In this document: piece by piece, positions 42,147-51,511 of the stretch
How the letters are laid out: every line of letters starts with the position of its first letter
How positions within the stretch are numbered: position 1 is the first letter of the stretch
Assembly: GCA_018064405.1 (NCBI GenBank)
Contig: JAGHVG010000001.1
Location: forward strand, 1 to 52,905
Origin: Candidatus Enterousia scatequi
Lineage (GTDB): Bacteria; Pseudomonadota; Alphaproteobacteria; Rs-D84
Direction: 5' to 3'
DNA: 52,905 nt
Notes under the pieces: model-generated
What the model saw: the letters and a program-made list of their open reading frames with translations, nothing else
Told to the model about the DNA's origin: nothing
The model's database searches: none
Program-made: the position numbers and the translations under genes

Positions 42147-43286
42147 ATGAATAAAAATCCGTATGATGTTTTGGGCGTTGCGAAAGGCGCCTCAGATGAT
42201 GAAATTAAAAAAGCATATCATAAATTAGTTATGAAATATCACCCTGATAAAAATCCGGGGGATAAAGACGCCGAAGAAAAATTTAAAGAGGTTAATAATG
42301 CCTTTGATATTCTGAAAGATCCACAAAAACGCGCGGCGTATGACCGTTTTGGTGATGCGGCGTTTGGTGCTGGCAATGGGGCAAGTGCTGGCTTTGGTGG
42401 GGGAAATCCGTTTGGTTCTGGGGCGTTCCATTTTGATATGGGTGGCGGTGCCGGAATGGAAGATATATTGCGCGAGGCAATGCGTGGTTTCGGTTTTGGC
42501 GGATTTGGTGGTGACGATATGGGCGGTCGCGCGTCGCGCGGTGCCCAACGTGGTCGCGATTTGTTAGATTCTGTGGTTATAGGTTTGAAAGATGCCTATT
42601 TTGGAACAACACATACGGTTAGCTTTTCCAGTAATGTAGAATGCGATAAATGCCATGGTTTTGGAACCAGTGATGGCAAGGAAGCCCCTGTATGCCCACG
42701 ATGCCATGGTCGCGGCACGGTTGCAGGTCGCCAGGGATTTTTTGCGGTTGAAATGCCGTGTCCGGAATGTAACGGCCTGGGGCATAAGATTGACAAGAAA
42801 TGTTCAAAATGTGATGGGTCTGGGACAATTAATAAACAACGCACGTTAGAGGTAAAAATCCCTGCGGGTATTGAAGATGGTGCGCGATTGCGCCTGGCGG
42901 GGCAGGGTGAGGCCGGTCAAAACGGTGCCCCGGCTGGTGATTTCTATATTGATGTTCATGTGCGTCAAGACGATACCTTTGAACGTGATGGAAACGATTT
43001 AATTATGCGGGTAAATGTGCCGTTCACAACACTTGCGCTGGGCGGGGATATAGATATAAAAACGATTGATGGCAAGGATTTGTCTGTGGCGGTGCCTGCT
43101 GGAACCCAGGTGGATGCGCGCCTGCGTGTGCGGGGGCATGGTATGCCGAATCCGCGTCGCAGTGGCAGTTTTGGTGATTTGTATATTGAAATCTCTATGA
43201 CTGTGCCAACAAAATTGACGGATAAACAGAAAAAGATTTTGTCTGAATTCGCAGATACTAAACCATCTAAGAAGGGGTGGTTTTAA
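42147..43286 (+). CDS. dnaJ: Chaperone DnaJ (Hsp40)
   Basis: J domain with HPD (YHPDKNPGD), a G/F region, four CxxCxGxG repeats ([32 protein letters not shown]) and the C-terminal domains. Confidence 0.95.
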   Translation: MNKNPYDVLGVAKGASDDEIKKAYHKLVMKYHPDKNPGDKDAEEKFKEVNNAFDILKDPQKRAAYDRFGDAAFGAGNGASAGFGGGNPFGSGAFHFDMGGGAGMEDILREAMRGFGFGGFGGDDMGGRASRGAQRGRDLLDSVVIGLKDAYFGTTHTVSFSSNVECDKCHGFGTSDGKEAPVCPRCHGRGTVAGRQGFFAVEMPCPECNGLGHKIDKKCSKCDGSGTINKQRTLEVKIPAGIEDGARLRLAGQGEAGQNGAPAGDFYIDVHVRQDDTFERDGNDLIMRVNVPFTTLALGGDIDIKTIDGKDLSVAVPAGTQVDARLRVRGHGMPNPRRSGSFGDLYIEISMTVPTKLTDKQKKILSEFADTKPSKKGWF

Positions 43287-43305
43287 AATATTTATTTTGT
43301 AATGC

Positions 43306-43333
43306 TTGACAATTTGTGTTTTTGTCTTATATT
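43306..43333 (+). promoter_or_regulatory. Near-consensus sigma70 promoter (TTGACA-16-TATATT)
   Basis: TTGACA 43306-43311 and TATATT 43328-43333. AGGAG SD 6 nt before the ATG at 43361. Confidence 0.5.
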
Positions 43334-43360
43334 TTACGTGTATAGATATAGGAGTTGAAT

Positions 43361-43840
43361 ATGTTTGGATTTAATAAAAAACCAGCACGGTTTGCAGAAG
43401 TACCAAAACGTGAATTTGGTCCAACGAAAAAATTAAAAAATACATACGTTATTACGTTTGACACAATGATGGATGAACGTGTTTGGGGGGCATGCCCAAC
43501 ATCTAAATTAGCGGTTAAAAAAATTGATGGTGAAGTAGTCGCCAAAGATGGGGGATGGAATACATTGACGGAATTTCCTAATCCGTTCGCATATCGTATG
43601 GTTTGTGCGTATAACAAATTAGCAACGGTCATGGGCAAGGAATTGGCTGGGACAATAGTTGTGTATGGGGATAAAAAAAATAGGGAAGATGCGTGTGTTA
43701 TATTGTTTCCAACAAATGAAGTTGCGGTTTATGGTCCGGATGCTATGAGCCGTTTAAATCATGCAAGTCGTCGTGATTTAAAACATCAAATGGCAAAACG
43801 CCAAAAGTATATTGATATGTTAAATCAAAATTGTCGTTAA
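43361..43840 (+). CDS. Hypothetical protein (159 aa)
   Basis: Strong promoter, SD and terminator. No recognisable motif. I prefer the ATG at 43361 over the track TTG at 43355. Confidence 0.6.
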   Translation: MFGFNKKPARFAEVPKREFGPTKKLKNTYVITFDTMMDERVWGACPTSKLAVKKIDGEVVAKDGGWNTLTEFPNPFAYRMVCAYNKLATVMGKELAGTIVVYGDKKNREDACVILFPTNEVAVYGPDAMSRLNHASRRDLKHQMAKRQKYIDMLNQNCR

Positions 43841-43870
43841 AAACAAACCGCCTAAATGGGCGGTTTGTTT
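43841..43870. terminator. Bidirectional intrinsic terminator
   Basis: AAACAAACCGCC-TAAATG-GGCGGTTTGTTT, a 12-bp stem. Confidence 0.7.
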
Positions 43871-44468
43871 ATTGTGCGTTTTTCAATTTTTCTATAAATG
43901 TAAATGTGTATTGTGTTGCCGACCATACTGATGCAACCAGTGATATCCATATCCCAAATATGCCAATCTGGGACAGCATATTCATTGAAATAATATAACC
44001 ACGTGAAATTGTATCCGGTGTCACAAACTGTGCCAATGCGAACATTAATAAAAATGAACAGATTGTAACCATTTGAAATGTGGTTTTGATTTTACCCATT
44101 GAAAAACGATACTTTGGAACGGGCATTTCTATTTTCTGGGTTCCCAGGAATTCGCGCAGACCACTGATGTATAATTCGCGCGCAATCATTATTATTACGG
44201 GGACAATTATAAACCATACCGGCATCATAATCGTCAGCATAATTAATGTGTTAACAACAATTAATTTGTCGCCTATGTGATCCATCACACCACCAATTTT
44301 TGTGCATACATCATATTTGCGTGCCAGGTAGCCGTCAAACCAATCAGATAATGCACCCAATAAAAATAATATGAACGATGCCCAATACCAGCGCAACATT
44401 AATGTCGGTATTATCGCGAAAGATGCCGCAATGCGAAATGCAGATAAGAAATTAACAAAAAACTTCAT
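43869..44468 (-). CDS. pgsA: CDP-diacylglycerol--glycerol-3-phosphate 3-phosphatidyltransferase
   Basis: CDP-alcohol phosphatidyltransferase motif DWFDGYLARKYDVCTKIGGVMDHIGDKL; multi-pass, 199 aa. Confidence 0.88.
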   Translation of the reverse strand: MKFFVNFLSAFRIAASFAIIPTLMLRWYWASFILFLLGALSDWFDGYLARKYDVCTKIGGVMDHIGDKLIVVNTLIMLTIMMPVWFIIVPVIIMIARELYISGLREFLGTQKIEMPVPKYRFSMGKIKTTFQMVTICSFLLMFALAQFVTPDTISRGYIISMNMLSQIGIFGIWISLVASVWSATQYTFTFIEKLKNAQ

Positions 44469-44498
44469 AATAAAAACTCCTTATATACTTGTTGCAGA

Positions 44499-45923
44499 TT
44501 ATATCATTTCTGAATGAAAATAGGCATATATTTTTTTTGCCGCAGATTTCCCAAGGCCGTTTACGTGCAGCAGTGCATTTAAATCGGCATCCATAATGGC
44601 ACGCACAGAACCAAAATGTTGTAATAATGCCTGTTTGCGTTTCGCACCGATGCCGTCTATGTCATCCAGCACTGATGCCGTCATTTGTTTTGCACGTGTT
44701 GCACGGTGATATGTTATAACAAATCTGTGCGCTTCATCACGAACGGCACGCAAAAACAAAAACAGGGAACTATCCTTTGGCATGTCGTCACAAACGGTGC
44801 CGTCGGGCATAATAAAATGTTCGTCGCCATTTCGGACAACACCCTTGGTCACGCCCAGTATGTTTATGTCGGGCGCTACGCGGTGCGCGATATTCCACTG
44901 TGCAGGTCCGCCATCAACAATTATTAAACTTAGTTTTGGTCCGCGTGCAACGGCGCGTGATACGAATTCTGCCATCATGCCAATATCGTTGCCCGCAATG
45001 CTGCGGTTTTGTAATTTGAAATGTCGGTAATCAGATTTTATGAAACCATCATGTCCAAAAACTATCATTGCACCAACTGGGTTCTGGCTGAATAAATGCG
45101 AATTATCAAACACCCCGACGCGTTCAATTTTTATCCCTAACCACTGTTCCAATTCAGATACATTTTTATTCCAATCTATATGTGTTTTTTCCCTGGATTC
45201 AATGCGTATACCGCGTGTTGATGTTTGTGTTAATGCAGTGATTTTATCACGACAAACTGCAGCATTTTCAAAATCCATTTTTTCAGAATAAGATTGCATT
45301 TGTTTTGTCAGGTCTGCAATGATTGGTTCACTGTCACCGGTTAGGATACGTCGCGCAAGTTGGACATTTTCTTGATAATGTGTTTGCGGAATACAACATG
45401 GGCCACTGCATCGTCCAATTTGATATAGCAGGCACGGGCGTGATCTGTTTCGCATAAAACTATCTGTACAGGTGCGCAGGCCACATACCTTTTGAATTGT
45501 TTTTATTGTTTCGTTCAATGCCGCAACCGATGGATATGGTCCATAGACATCCCGACGCTGTGATATTTTGCCACGAAATTTTAACAGGCGTGGAAATTCA
45601 GAATTAGTCAGCGCCAACATAGGATACATTTTTCCATCGGTTAGCATAATGTTGTATTTTGGTTTTTCCGTCTTAATCAGTTCCTGTTCACGCAGCAGGG
45701 CGTCAGATTCTGTGGGGACAGTTTCCCATTCAACGCGTGTGACTAAACTGCGCATAACCTGTTTGTGGGGTTCTAATTTTGATGTGTCAATATACTGTTT
45801 CAGCCGGTTTATCAGGTTTTTTGCCTTGCCCACGTATAGCAGTGTGCCATTGACATCAAACATTTTGTATACCCCAGGGGAACGCGGCGCATTTTCAATT
45901 AAATCTGTAAATTGAATATTCAT
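44499..45923 (-). CDS. uvrC: Excinuclease ABC subunit C (compact, 474 aa)
   Basis: GIY-YIG (GVYKMFDVNGTLLYVGKAKNLINRLKQY), UVR domain (MDFENAAVCRDKITAL), RNase-H-like endonuclease region and a C-terminal (HhH)2 (IDGIGAKRKQALLQHFGS). Confidence 0.9.
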   Translation of the reverse strand: MNIQFTDLIENAPRSPGVYKMFDVNGTLLYVGKAKNLINRLKQYIDTSKLEPHKQVMRSLVTRVEWETVPTESDALLREQELIKTEKPKYNIMLTDGKMYPMLALTNSEFPRLLKFRGKISQRRDVYGPYPSVAALNETIKTIQKVCGLRTCTDSFMRNRSRPCLLYQIGRCSGPCCIPQTHYQENVQLARRILTGDSEPIIADLTKQMQSYSEKMDFENAAVCRDKITALTQTSTRGIRIESREKTHIDWNKNVSELEQWLGIKIERVGVFDNSHLFSQNPVGAMIVFGHDGFIKSDYRHFKLQNRSIAGNDIGMMAEFVSRAVARGPKLSLIIVDGGPAQWNIAHRVAPDINILGVTKGVVRNGDEHFIMPDGTVCDDMPKDSSLFLFLRAVRDEAHRFVITYHRATRAKQMTASVLDDIDGIGAKRKQALLQHFGSVRAIMDADLNALLHVNGLGKSAAKKIYAYFHSEMI

Positions 45924-45977
45924 AAGAAATATGATAGAATATTAATTATAAAATAGCAAATAAGAGGTGAAAATATT

Positions 45978-46412
45978 ATTCAAGAATCTGGACGTTCAAT
46001 GATTGAAATGTTAGGGGTACTCGCCATTATGGGTGTTATTACGGTGGGTGCAATAGGGATGATTACATCTGCAATGCGTATGCAAAAACAGAGTACCGTT
46101 AACGATGACGTTGTTATGATGGTAACGTCTGTGCGTCAATTGTTGGGTGAATATGACGATTTTTCTAACATAGATAACTCTACGATATTTACAGCAATCG
46201 GTATGAAAAACAAGAATCCGTATGGTGGAAATTATGCGTTGGCGGTAAACCCATCAAATGCTAGACAATTTATAGTTTCAATTGATGGGTTGTCTAAATC
46301 TGATTGCAAAACATTAACAACCAAGGCGTGGACTGATTCTGTGAATGGTGCCCAGGGTGAATGTGATAAGGACACAAGCGATAATATTGTCAAAATTATT
46401 TATGGCGAATAA
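45978..46412 (+). CDS. Type IV pilin-like protein (type IVb-like N-terminus); probable non-ATG (ATT) start
   Basis: In-frame upstream codons give ..QESG/RSMIEMLGVLAIMGVITVGAIG, with Gly at -1 and Glu at +5 of a prepilin-peptidase-type site. AAGAGGTGA SD at 45962-45970 sits 5-8 nt before ATT 45975/45978. The first ATG (45999) lies inside the motif and has no SD. Extended -10 TGATAGAAT at 45932-45940. Confidence 0.65.
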   Translation: MQESGRSMIEMLGVLAIMGVITVGAIGMITSAMRMQKQSTVNDDVVMMVTSVRQLLGEYDDFSNIDNSTIFTAIGMKNKNPYGGNYALAVNPSNARQFIVSIDGLSKSDCKTLTTKAWTDSVNGAQGECDKDTSDNIVKIIYGE

Positions 46413-46426
46413 GGTACGTTAAATAT

Positions 46427-47401
46427 ATGGCTGATTCTACAACCGTTTTGCAAACCGAAGATGGCGTGCGTTTGTTGCGCTGGTTTTTGCGTCATTATCC
46501 ATCTATGCCGAACAGTGAGTTATATAAACTGTGTCGTGGCGGGCAAATACGTGTTAATTCGTCACGCGTTCAGGCGAATAAAATTTTGCGGTCGGGCGAT
46601 GTTATTCGTATTCCGCCTACAATTGCAGGTTATAGCCAAGAACGCAAAATTCGTAACGAAAGCGGGGATAAATATTCGTTATCTGATTTAGAGGTTTTGC
46701 GCCAATGTGTTATATATGACGATGCAGATGTTGTTGTGTTTAATAAACCTGCTGGGTTGGCGGTGCAGGGTGGCAGTGGGATAAAAAAATCTGTGGATAA
46801 AATGGCGGCGGCGTTGTTTCCGTACGCAAAAATTTCTTTGGTTCATCGGTTGGATAGGGATACAAGTGGTGTTTTAGTCGTTGCTAAAAATCAACGTGCT
46901 GCACAGAATTTGTCTGAACAATTTCAAAATAAAACTGCGCACAAAGAATATTTGGCATTATTGAATGGTGATGTCAGCCCCCAGAGCGGTGTTATAGATA
47001 ATTATATGGTTAAAGGTCAGGTTTTTGATGAACCTAGTCGGATAAATAACGGCACAGGTCAAAGACCCCAACGTGCAATTACAGAATACCGTGTATTATC
47101 AACTGTGGGTGGATGTGTTTCGTGGGTTTTATTTTCACCAAAAACTGGTCGCACGCATCAATTGCGTTTGCATAGTGCATATAGTTTGCATGCGCCGATT
47201 GTTGGCGATGATTTATATGGGTATGATAAAGTATTGTCATGTGGTTTGGATACGGTGCTGGCGACAAATAAGTTATTTTTGTTTGCCTATCGTATAACTT
47301 TTAGACATCCAACAACATCCAAAACAATGACGGTTAAAGCCAGTGTTCCTGATTTTATGAAACCCGTGATGAATTTGTTAGAATTTAATATGCCTGAATA
47401 A
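46427..47401 (+). CDS. RluA-family 23S rRNA pseudouridine synthase (RluC/RluD-like)
   Basis: N-terminal S4 domain and catalytic HRLDRDTSGVLVVAK; 324 aa. Confidence 0.88.
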   Translation: MADSTTVLQTEDGVRLLRWFLRHYPSMPNSELYKLCRGGQIRVNSSRVQANKILRSGDVIRIPPTIAGYSQERKIRNESGDKYSLSDLEVLRQCVIYDDADVVVFNKPAGLAVQGGSGIKKSVDKMAAALFPYAKISLVHRLDRDTSGVLVVAKNQRAAQNLSEQFQNKTAHKEYLALLNGDVSPQSGVIDNYMVKGQVFDEPSRINNGTGQRPQRAITEYRVLSTVGGCVSWVLFSPKTGRTHQLRLHSAYSLHAPIVGDDLYGYDKVLSCGLDTVLATNKLFLFAYRITFRHPTTSKTMTVKASVPDFMKPVMNLLEFNMPE

Positions 47402-47403
47402 AG

Positions 47404-49455
47404 ATGAGGAAAAGAAGACATATCTTTTTTGTGCTTAGAATAATCTCTATCTTTGTATTGGGGTTGGTTGTTGCATCAATTATTGCGGTATCCAAAATTA
47501 ATGTTGAAACAATACGTCGTAACGTTGTTGCAATTTTGGAAAATGCTGTGCATGCACCGGTCCAGATTGATGGTGATGTAAAATGGCGAATGTCGTTGCG
47601 CCCCAGTGTTTCACTTGATAAGGTAAGAATTGCAAATGAAAGTTGGGCTAAAAATACATATGCTGTTGATGCAGAACGTGTGGTTGTCAGATTGAATTTG
47701 CTGTCGCTGTTTAACAAAAATATGGCGGTTGAAAATATATCTGTATTTGACCTAGGGGTTAATATAGAACAAAACAGCAAGGGTGAATTGTCATTACCAA
47801 TATTGAATTCGCGCAGTGGTGAAGAACAGCCAGAGCCAGCAAACACCCTAAAACAAACCAAATATGCGTTTACAGATTCTGGGCTGGGCAGTGTACGGTT
47901 GAAAAATGTAAAATTAAACATTCTAAAAAATAAGATAAATTTTGCCGAATTATCTTTCAGATATGTTGAAAGGCAGAAGGGACCTGAATATTCAGGGTGG
48001 TTGAAATTGGGTGATAAATTTCATTCTTTCATAATATCTGGGGCTGAATATGATGCGGATAAGCAAATGTATCCTGTTCAGATAGCTGTGGCGACATCGG
48101 GCGAGGCATTGGTTGCTGATTTGATGCTTGATGGAAAAAATAAAATCCCAACAGAATTTTCAATTAAAGGTGATGTAATAGATAATGATGTGTTAAGTTT
48201 TGCCTTGGCTAAGAAAATAGATTTACCAAAAATATCGGTTGATATATCAGGCAAGATAAATGATAAACAGTTGGTCTTAAACAAATCTAAGGTTAGTATA
48301 CGTGGTAATACACTTGGTTTTTCTGGCATGTATGATTGGCGGGAATCTGTGCCTGTTGTAATGTTAAACCTTGAATCATCAAGAATAAATATACTAGAAA
48401 TTAAACCAGATTTATATTCTGGATGGATTAGGCCGGATCGTGACTTAAATGTTTTTAAAGATATGGATTTACATGGTTTGGATTTGCGCAAATACAAAAT
48501 TAAGTTAAATGCAGATATAAAGCAGTTAATTGTATATCGTGATATAAATATTAAAAATATAAAATTGAATATTGATTTAAATCAGGGTGTTGGACGCTTA
48601 GACAGTTTTTCAAAGTTTGCAGGGGGTGACGTAACAATAGATGCAAATGTTTCTACGGCCTCAGATGGTGATATAGGTATTCAAGCGGGTGTGTTAGGAA
48701 AACAAATTGTCATTGGACAATTAATGCAAGAAATTCGTATCCAAGATTTGATATCCGATTTACCAGTAGATTTATACGGATATTTTGAAGCCCACGGTCA
48801 TAATATGTCGGAATGGATGCAGACGATTACTGGACCTGTTATAGCATATTCTGTTGGTTCTGGGTATGCATACGCAAAATTAGTTGAATATGTATATGGT
48901 GCAGATTTTTTAACTACATTACGTAATGGAATTACAGATTTGTTTAGATCAACAAAAAAATACGATCAAATGACTATTAAAGCCATGACGATAAATTTAA
49001 AATTGCGTAATGGTGAAATAGAAACCAAACGTGGCGTTGCGATGGAAACCAATATTATAAATGTTGGAATGACAGGAAAACTGAATCTGGGTCAGGAAAC
49101 AATAGATTTGGCATTGGTTACTGTTCCCGCCAGTGGGTTAAAAATATCGCTTACGGGGGCGTTTACGAACGCTGTAAAAATATCTGGTAATTTAGCAGAA
49201 CCTGATGTTAACTTAAGTGGCTCTGCGATTGCGGGTAAGGTTGCATCAAGTGCAGGTATAGGTTTGTTGTTGGCACCGTTTACGGGTGGCCTTAGTATAC
49301 TCGGTGGTTTTTTAGCTGGGGAATTGCTAGAAAATTGGTTGGCGGATGATACGCCTGCCAAGACTGCGATGGAATCTGGGGCGCCAAATAAAAGTGATGA
49401 TCCAGAATGGTTAATAACACCTGTGACGGACTTGGTTAATACGGTAATAAAATAG
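47404..49455 (+). CDS. AsmA-family outer-membrane biogenesis protein
   Basis: N-terminal TM anchor followed by a long beta-rich periplasmic region with AsmA-like N- and C-terminal segments; 683 aa. Confidence 0.65.
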   Translation: MRKRRHIFFVLRIISIFVLGLVVASIIAVSKINVETIRRNVVAILENAVHAPVQIDGDVKWRMSLRPSVSLDKVRIANESWAKNTYAVDAERVVVRLNLLSLFNKNMAVENISVFDLGVNIEQNSKGELSLPILNSRSGEEQPEPANTLKQTKYAFTDSGLGSVRLKNVKLNILKNKINFAELSFRYVERQKGPEYSGWLKLGDKFHSFIISGAEYDADKQMYPVQIAVATSGEALVADLMLDGKNKIPTEFSIKGDVIDNDVLSFALAKKIDLPKISVDISGKINDKQLVLNKSKVSIRGNTLGFSGMYDWRESVPVVMLNLESSRINILEIKPDLYSGWIRPDRDLNVFKDMDLHGLDLRKYKIKLNADIKQLIVYRDINIKNIKLNIDLNQGVGRLDSFSKFAGGDVTIDANVSTASDGDIGIQAGVLGKQIVIGQLMQEIRIQDLISDLPVDLYGYFEAHGHNMSEWMQTITGPVIAYSVGSGYAYAKLVEYVYGADFLTTLRNGITDLFRSTKKYDQMTIKAMTINLKLRNGEIETKRGVAMETNIINVGMTGKLNLGQETIDLALVTVPASGLKISLTGAFTNAVKISGNLAEPDVNLSGSAIAGKVASSAGIGLLLAPFTGGLSILGGFLAGELLENWLADDTPAKTAMESGAPNKSDDPEWLITPVTDLVNTVIK

Positions 49456-49468
49456 GAGAAAATAATAC

Positions 49469-50227
49469 ATGTTAAATTTTATCAATATTATTCAGTTAAT
49501 AGTTGTTGTCGTCGTTATATATTGTTTTTATAAGTTGTTTATTTCTAATACGGGTTCAGAAAAACTTGTACGCGGCCTGTTTGGGTTGGGGGCATTGTGG
49601 GGTTGCAGTTTTGTGTTCGGTTGGATGAATTTGAATATTTTAGCGGGTTTTGCACATTGGGTTGCGCTGTTTTTATCAATTAGTTTAATTGTTATATTTC
49701 AACCAGAACTTAGAAAGTTTTTGGCACTGTTGGGAAATGTTGAAGAACTGAATCGTTTTTTACATAAAGGCAAATTAAAAAAGAATACATCTGCAGATTT
49801 AGATGAAATTGTTAATGCTGTGGAATTTATGTCACAAAAACATACTGGGGCATTAATTGTTTTCCCGCATACATTTGATGACAGCGTTATTGAAAAAAAA
49901 GGTGTTCTCATAGATTCGCGTATATCCACTGAATTGTTGTTAACGATATTTTTTAATAAAACACCGTTACATGATGGCGCAGTTATTATAGAACGCGGTC
50001 GTATTGAATATGCCGGGGCTATTTTGCCATTGTCCCAGAATAATCTGAATTGGAAATACGGAACACGCCATCGTGCTGCGCTGGGGATGTCGGAATTGTC
50101 CAGCGCAACAGTTTTGGTTGTGTCCGAAGAAAGTGGCGATATTTCTATTGCAGAAAAGGGCAAATTTACTAAATATGATGATATAAAGAAATTGCGTGGC
50201 AAAATAGAAAAAGTACTAAATAAGTAA
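49469..50227 (+). CDS. cdaA: Diadenylate cyclase CdaA (DacA-type, membrane-anchored)
   Basis: Three N-terminal TM helices and a DAC domain with TGALIVF, TPLHDGAVII (DGA motif) and GTRHRAALGMSE (RHR motif), then VLVVSEESGDISI. Confidence 0.9.
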   Translation: MLNFINIIQLIVVVVVIYCFYKLFISNTGSEKLVRGLFGLGALWGCSFVFGWMNLNILAGFAHWVALFLSISLIVIFQPELRKFLALLGNVEELNRFLHKGKLKKNTSADLDEIVNAVEFMSQKHTGALIVFPHTFDDSVIEKKGVLIDSRISTELLLTIFFNKTPLHDGAVIIERGRIEYAGAILPLSQNNLNWKYGTRHRAALGMSELSSATVLVVSEESGDISIAEKGKFTKYDDIKKLRGKIEKVLNK

Positions 50228-50265
50228 TAAATATGCCATTTTGCTGTTTTTTGCTTTTGGTCTTG

Positions 50266-50284
50266 CACCGAATCGGTGTTTTTT
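50266..50284 (+). terminator. Weak intrinsic terminator after cdaA
   Basis: CACCG-AAT-CGGTG followed by TTTTTT; only a 5-bp stem. Confidence 0.35.
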
Positions 50285-50337
50285 GCTAAACTAGCCCTAA
50301 AAGGATGTGTTAAACACATAATAATAGGAGCAAAAAA

Positions 50338-51456
50338 ATGGAATTTTCGGTATTTCGTCAGGTGTTAATACGTGCGTTGGGACATATGCAGTCCATTGTT
50401 GAAAAACGTGCGGCTTTGCCGATATTGATGAATGTTAAATTGGATGTTACAGATAATTTGACTTTGTCTGCGACAAATGTTGATTTGGAATTGGTTGAAC
50501 ATGTTGCAGCGGATATAACCCTAGCTGGTAAAACAACTGTGCCGGTTCAAATGTTGTACGACATTGTTCGTAAATTACCCGAAGATGCTGAAATTAGTTT
50601 CAAGCAATCTGGCGATCAGTTAATTGTTTCCAGTGGCCGCGCTGTTTTCAAATTGCCTACGTTGCCGGCTGAAAATTTCCCAGCGATGGCGGGCAGTAAT
50701 TTAACAACAAAATTCCAGATGACAACTGGGGATTTGGCACATTTAATTAATCAGACAAAATTTGCAATTCCAACAGATGATGTCCGGTATCATCTGGGAG
50801 GCATTTATTTACATATATCTGATGAAGGTAAGCAAAAATTATTGACTGCGGTTGCAACAGATGCCCAACGTTTGGCATTATGTTCTATGGCTGCCCCGGT
50901 TGATAGCACTGAAATGCCGGCGGTAATTTTACCACGTCGTGTTATTGGCGAATTGTCTAAGTTATTAGAAGATGCAAATGTTGATGATGTTATGGTTGAA
51001 TTGTCTGATACCAAGGCGCGTTTTACTGTTGGCACCGCGATTTTGACCAGTAAGTTGGTTGATGCGCAGTATCCAAATTATCGTGTCGTTATACCAAAGG
51101 GTAATGACAAGATTGCGGTTATGGACAGAAAGCAATTTGTTAATGCGGTTGATCTGGTGTCTGTGGCCAGTATTGATAAGACAAAATCTGTTCAGTTGAC
51201 GTTTTCTATGAATAAATTGGTGATAAATGCATCCAGTCCTGATGCAGGAACAGCTACCCAGGAATTAGATGTTGAATATAATGGTGATACTGAATTTACA
51301 GTTGTATTTAATGTAAAGTTCTTGTTGGATGTCGCGGGTCAGGTTGAAGGTGATAAATTCAAAATGGAAATGCAGGATCCGTTATCGCCGACAACAATAC
51401 AATCTATGGACAAGAAAACAGATTCGTTATTTGTGCTGATGCCAATGCGAATGTAA
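50338..51456 (+). CDS. dnaN: DNA polymerase III beta sliding clamp
   Basis: Three-domain clamp, 372 aa; the C-terminus ...FVLMPMRM is typical. Confidence 0.93.
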   Translation: MEFSVFRQVLIRALGHMQSIVEKRAALPILMNVKLDVTDNLTLSATNVDLELVEHVAADITLAGKTTVPVQMLYDIVRKLPEDAEISFKQSGDQLIVSSGRAVFKLPTLPAENFPAMAGSNLTTKFQMTTGDLAHLINQTKFAIPTDDVRYHLGGIYLHISDEGKQKLLTAVATDAQRLALCSMAAPVDSTEMPAVILPRRVIGELSKLLEDANVDDVMVELSDTKARFTVGTAILTSKLVDAQYPNYRVVIPKGNDKIAVMDRKQFVNAVDLVSVASIDKTKSVQLTFSMNKLVINASSPDAGTATQELDVEYNGDTEFTVVFNVKFLLDVAGQVEGDKFKMEMQDPLSPTTIQSMDKKTDSLFVLMPMRM

Positions 51457-51466
51457 TAGAAAAAAT

Positions 51467-51494
51467 AAAAACCGCCGGTTAAGGCGGTTTTTTA
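51467..51494 (+). terminator. Intrinsic terminator after dnaN
   Basis: AAAACCGCC-GGTTAA-GGCGGTTTT plus a T-run. Confidence 0.7.
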
Positions 51495-51511
51495 TAAGGT
51501 AGGAGTTGTGT

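Noticed and set aside
47385-47921. 178-aa minus-strand ORF
   Set aside because: It is antisense to the 5' end of the asmA-like gene and overlaps the rluC-type gene end. No independent support.
49699-50319. 206-aa minus-strand ORF
   Set aside because: It is antisense to cdaA, whose DAC motifs are unambiguous. No start context and no recognisable motifs.
50305-50319. Palindrome ATGTGTT-A-AACACAT just upstream of the dnaN SD as an operator or DnaA box
   Set aside because: It is only 7-bp arms in AT-rich sequence, does not match the DnaA-box consensus, and is a single occurrence. Too weak to claim.
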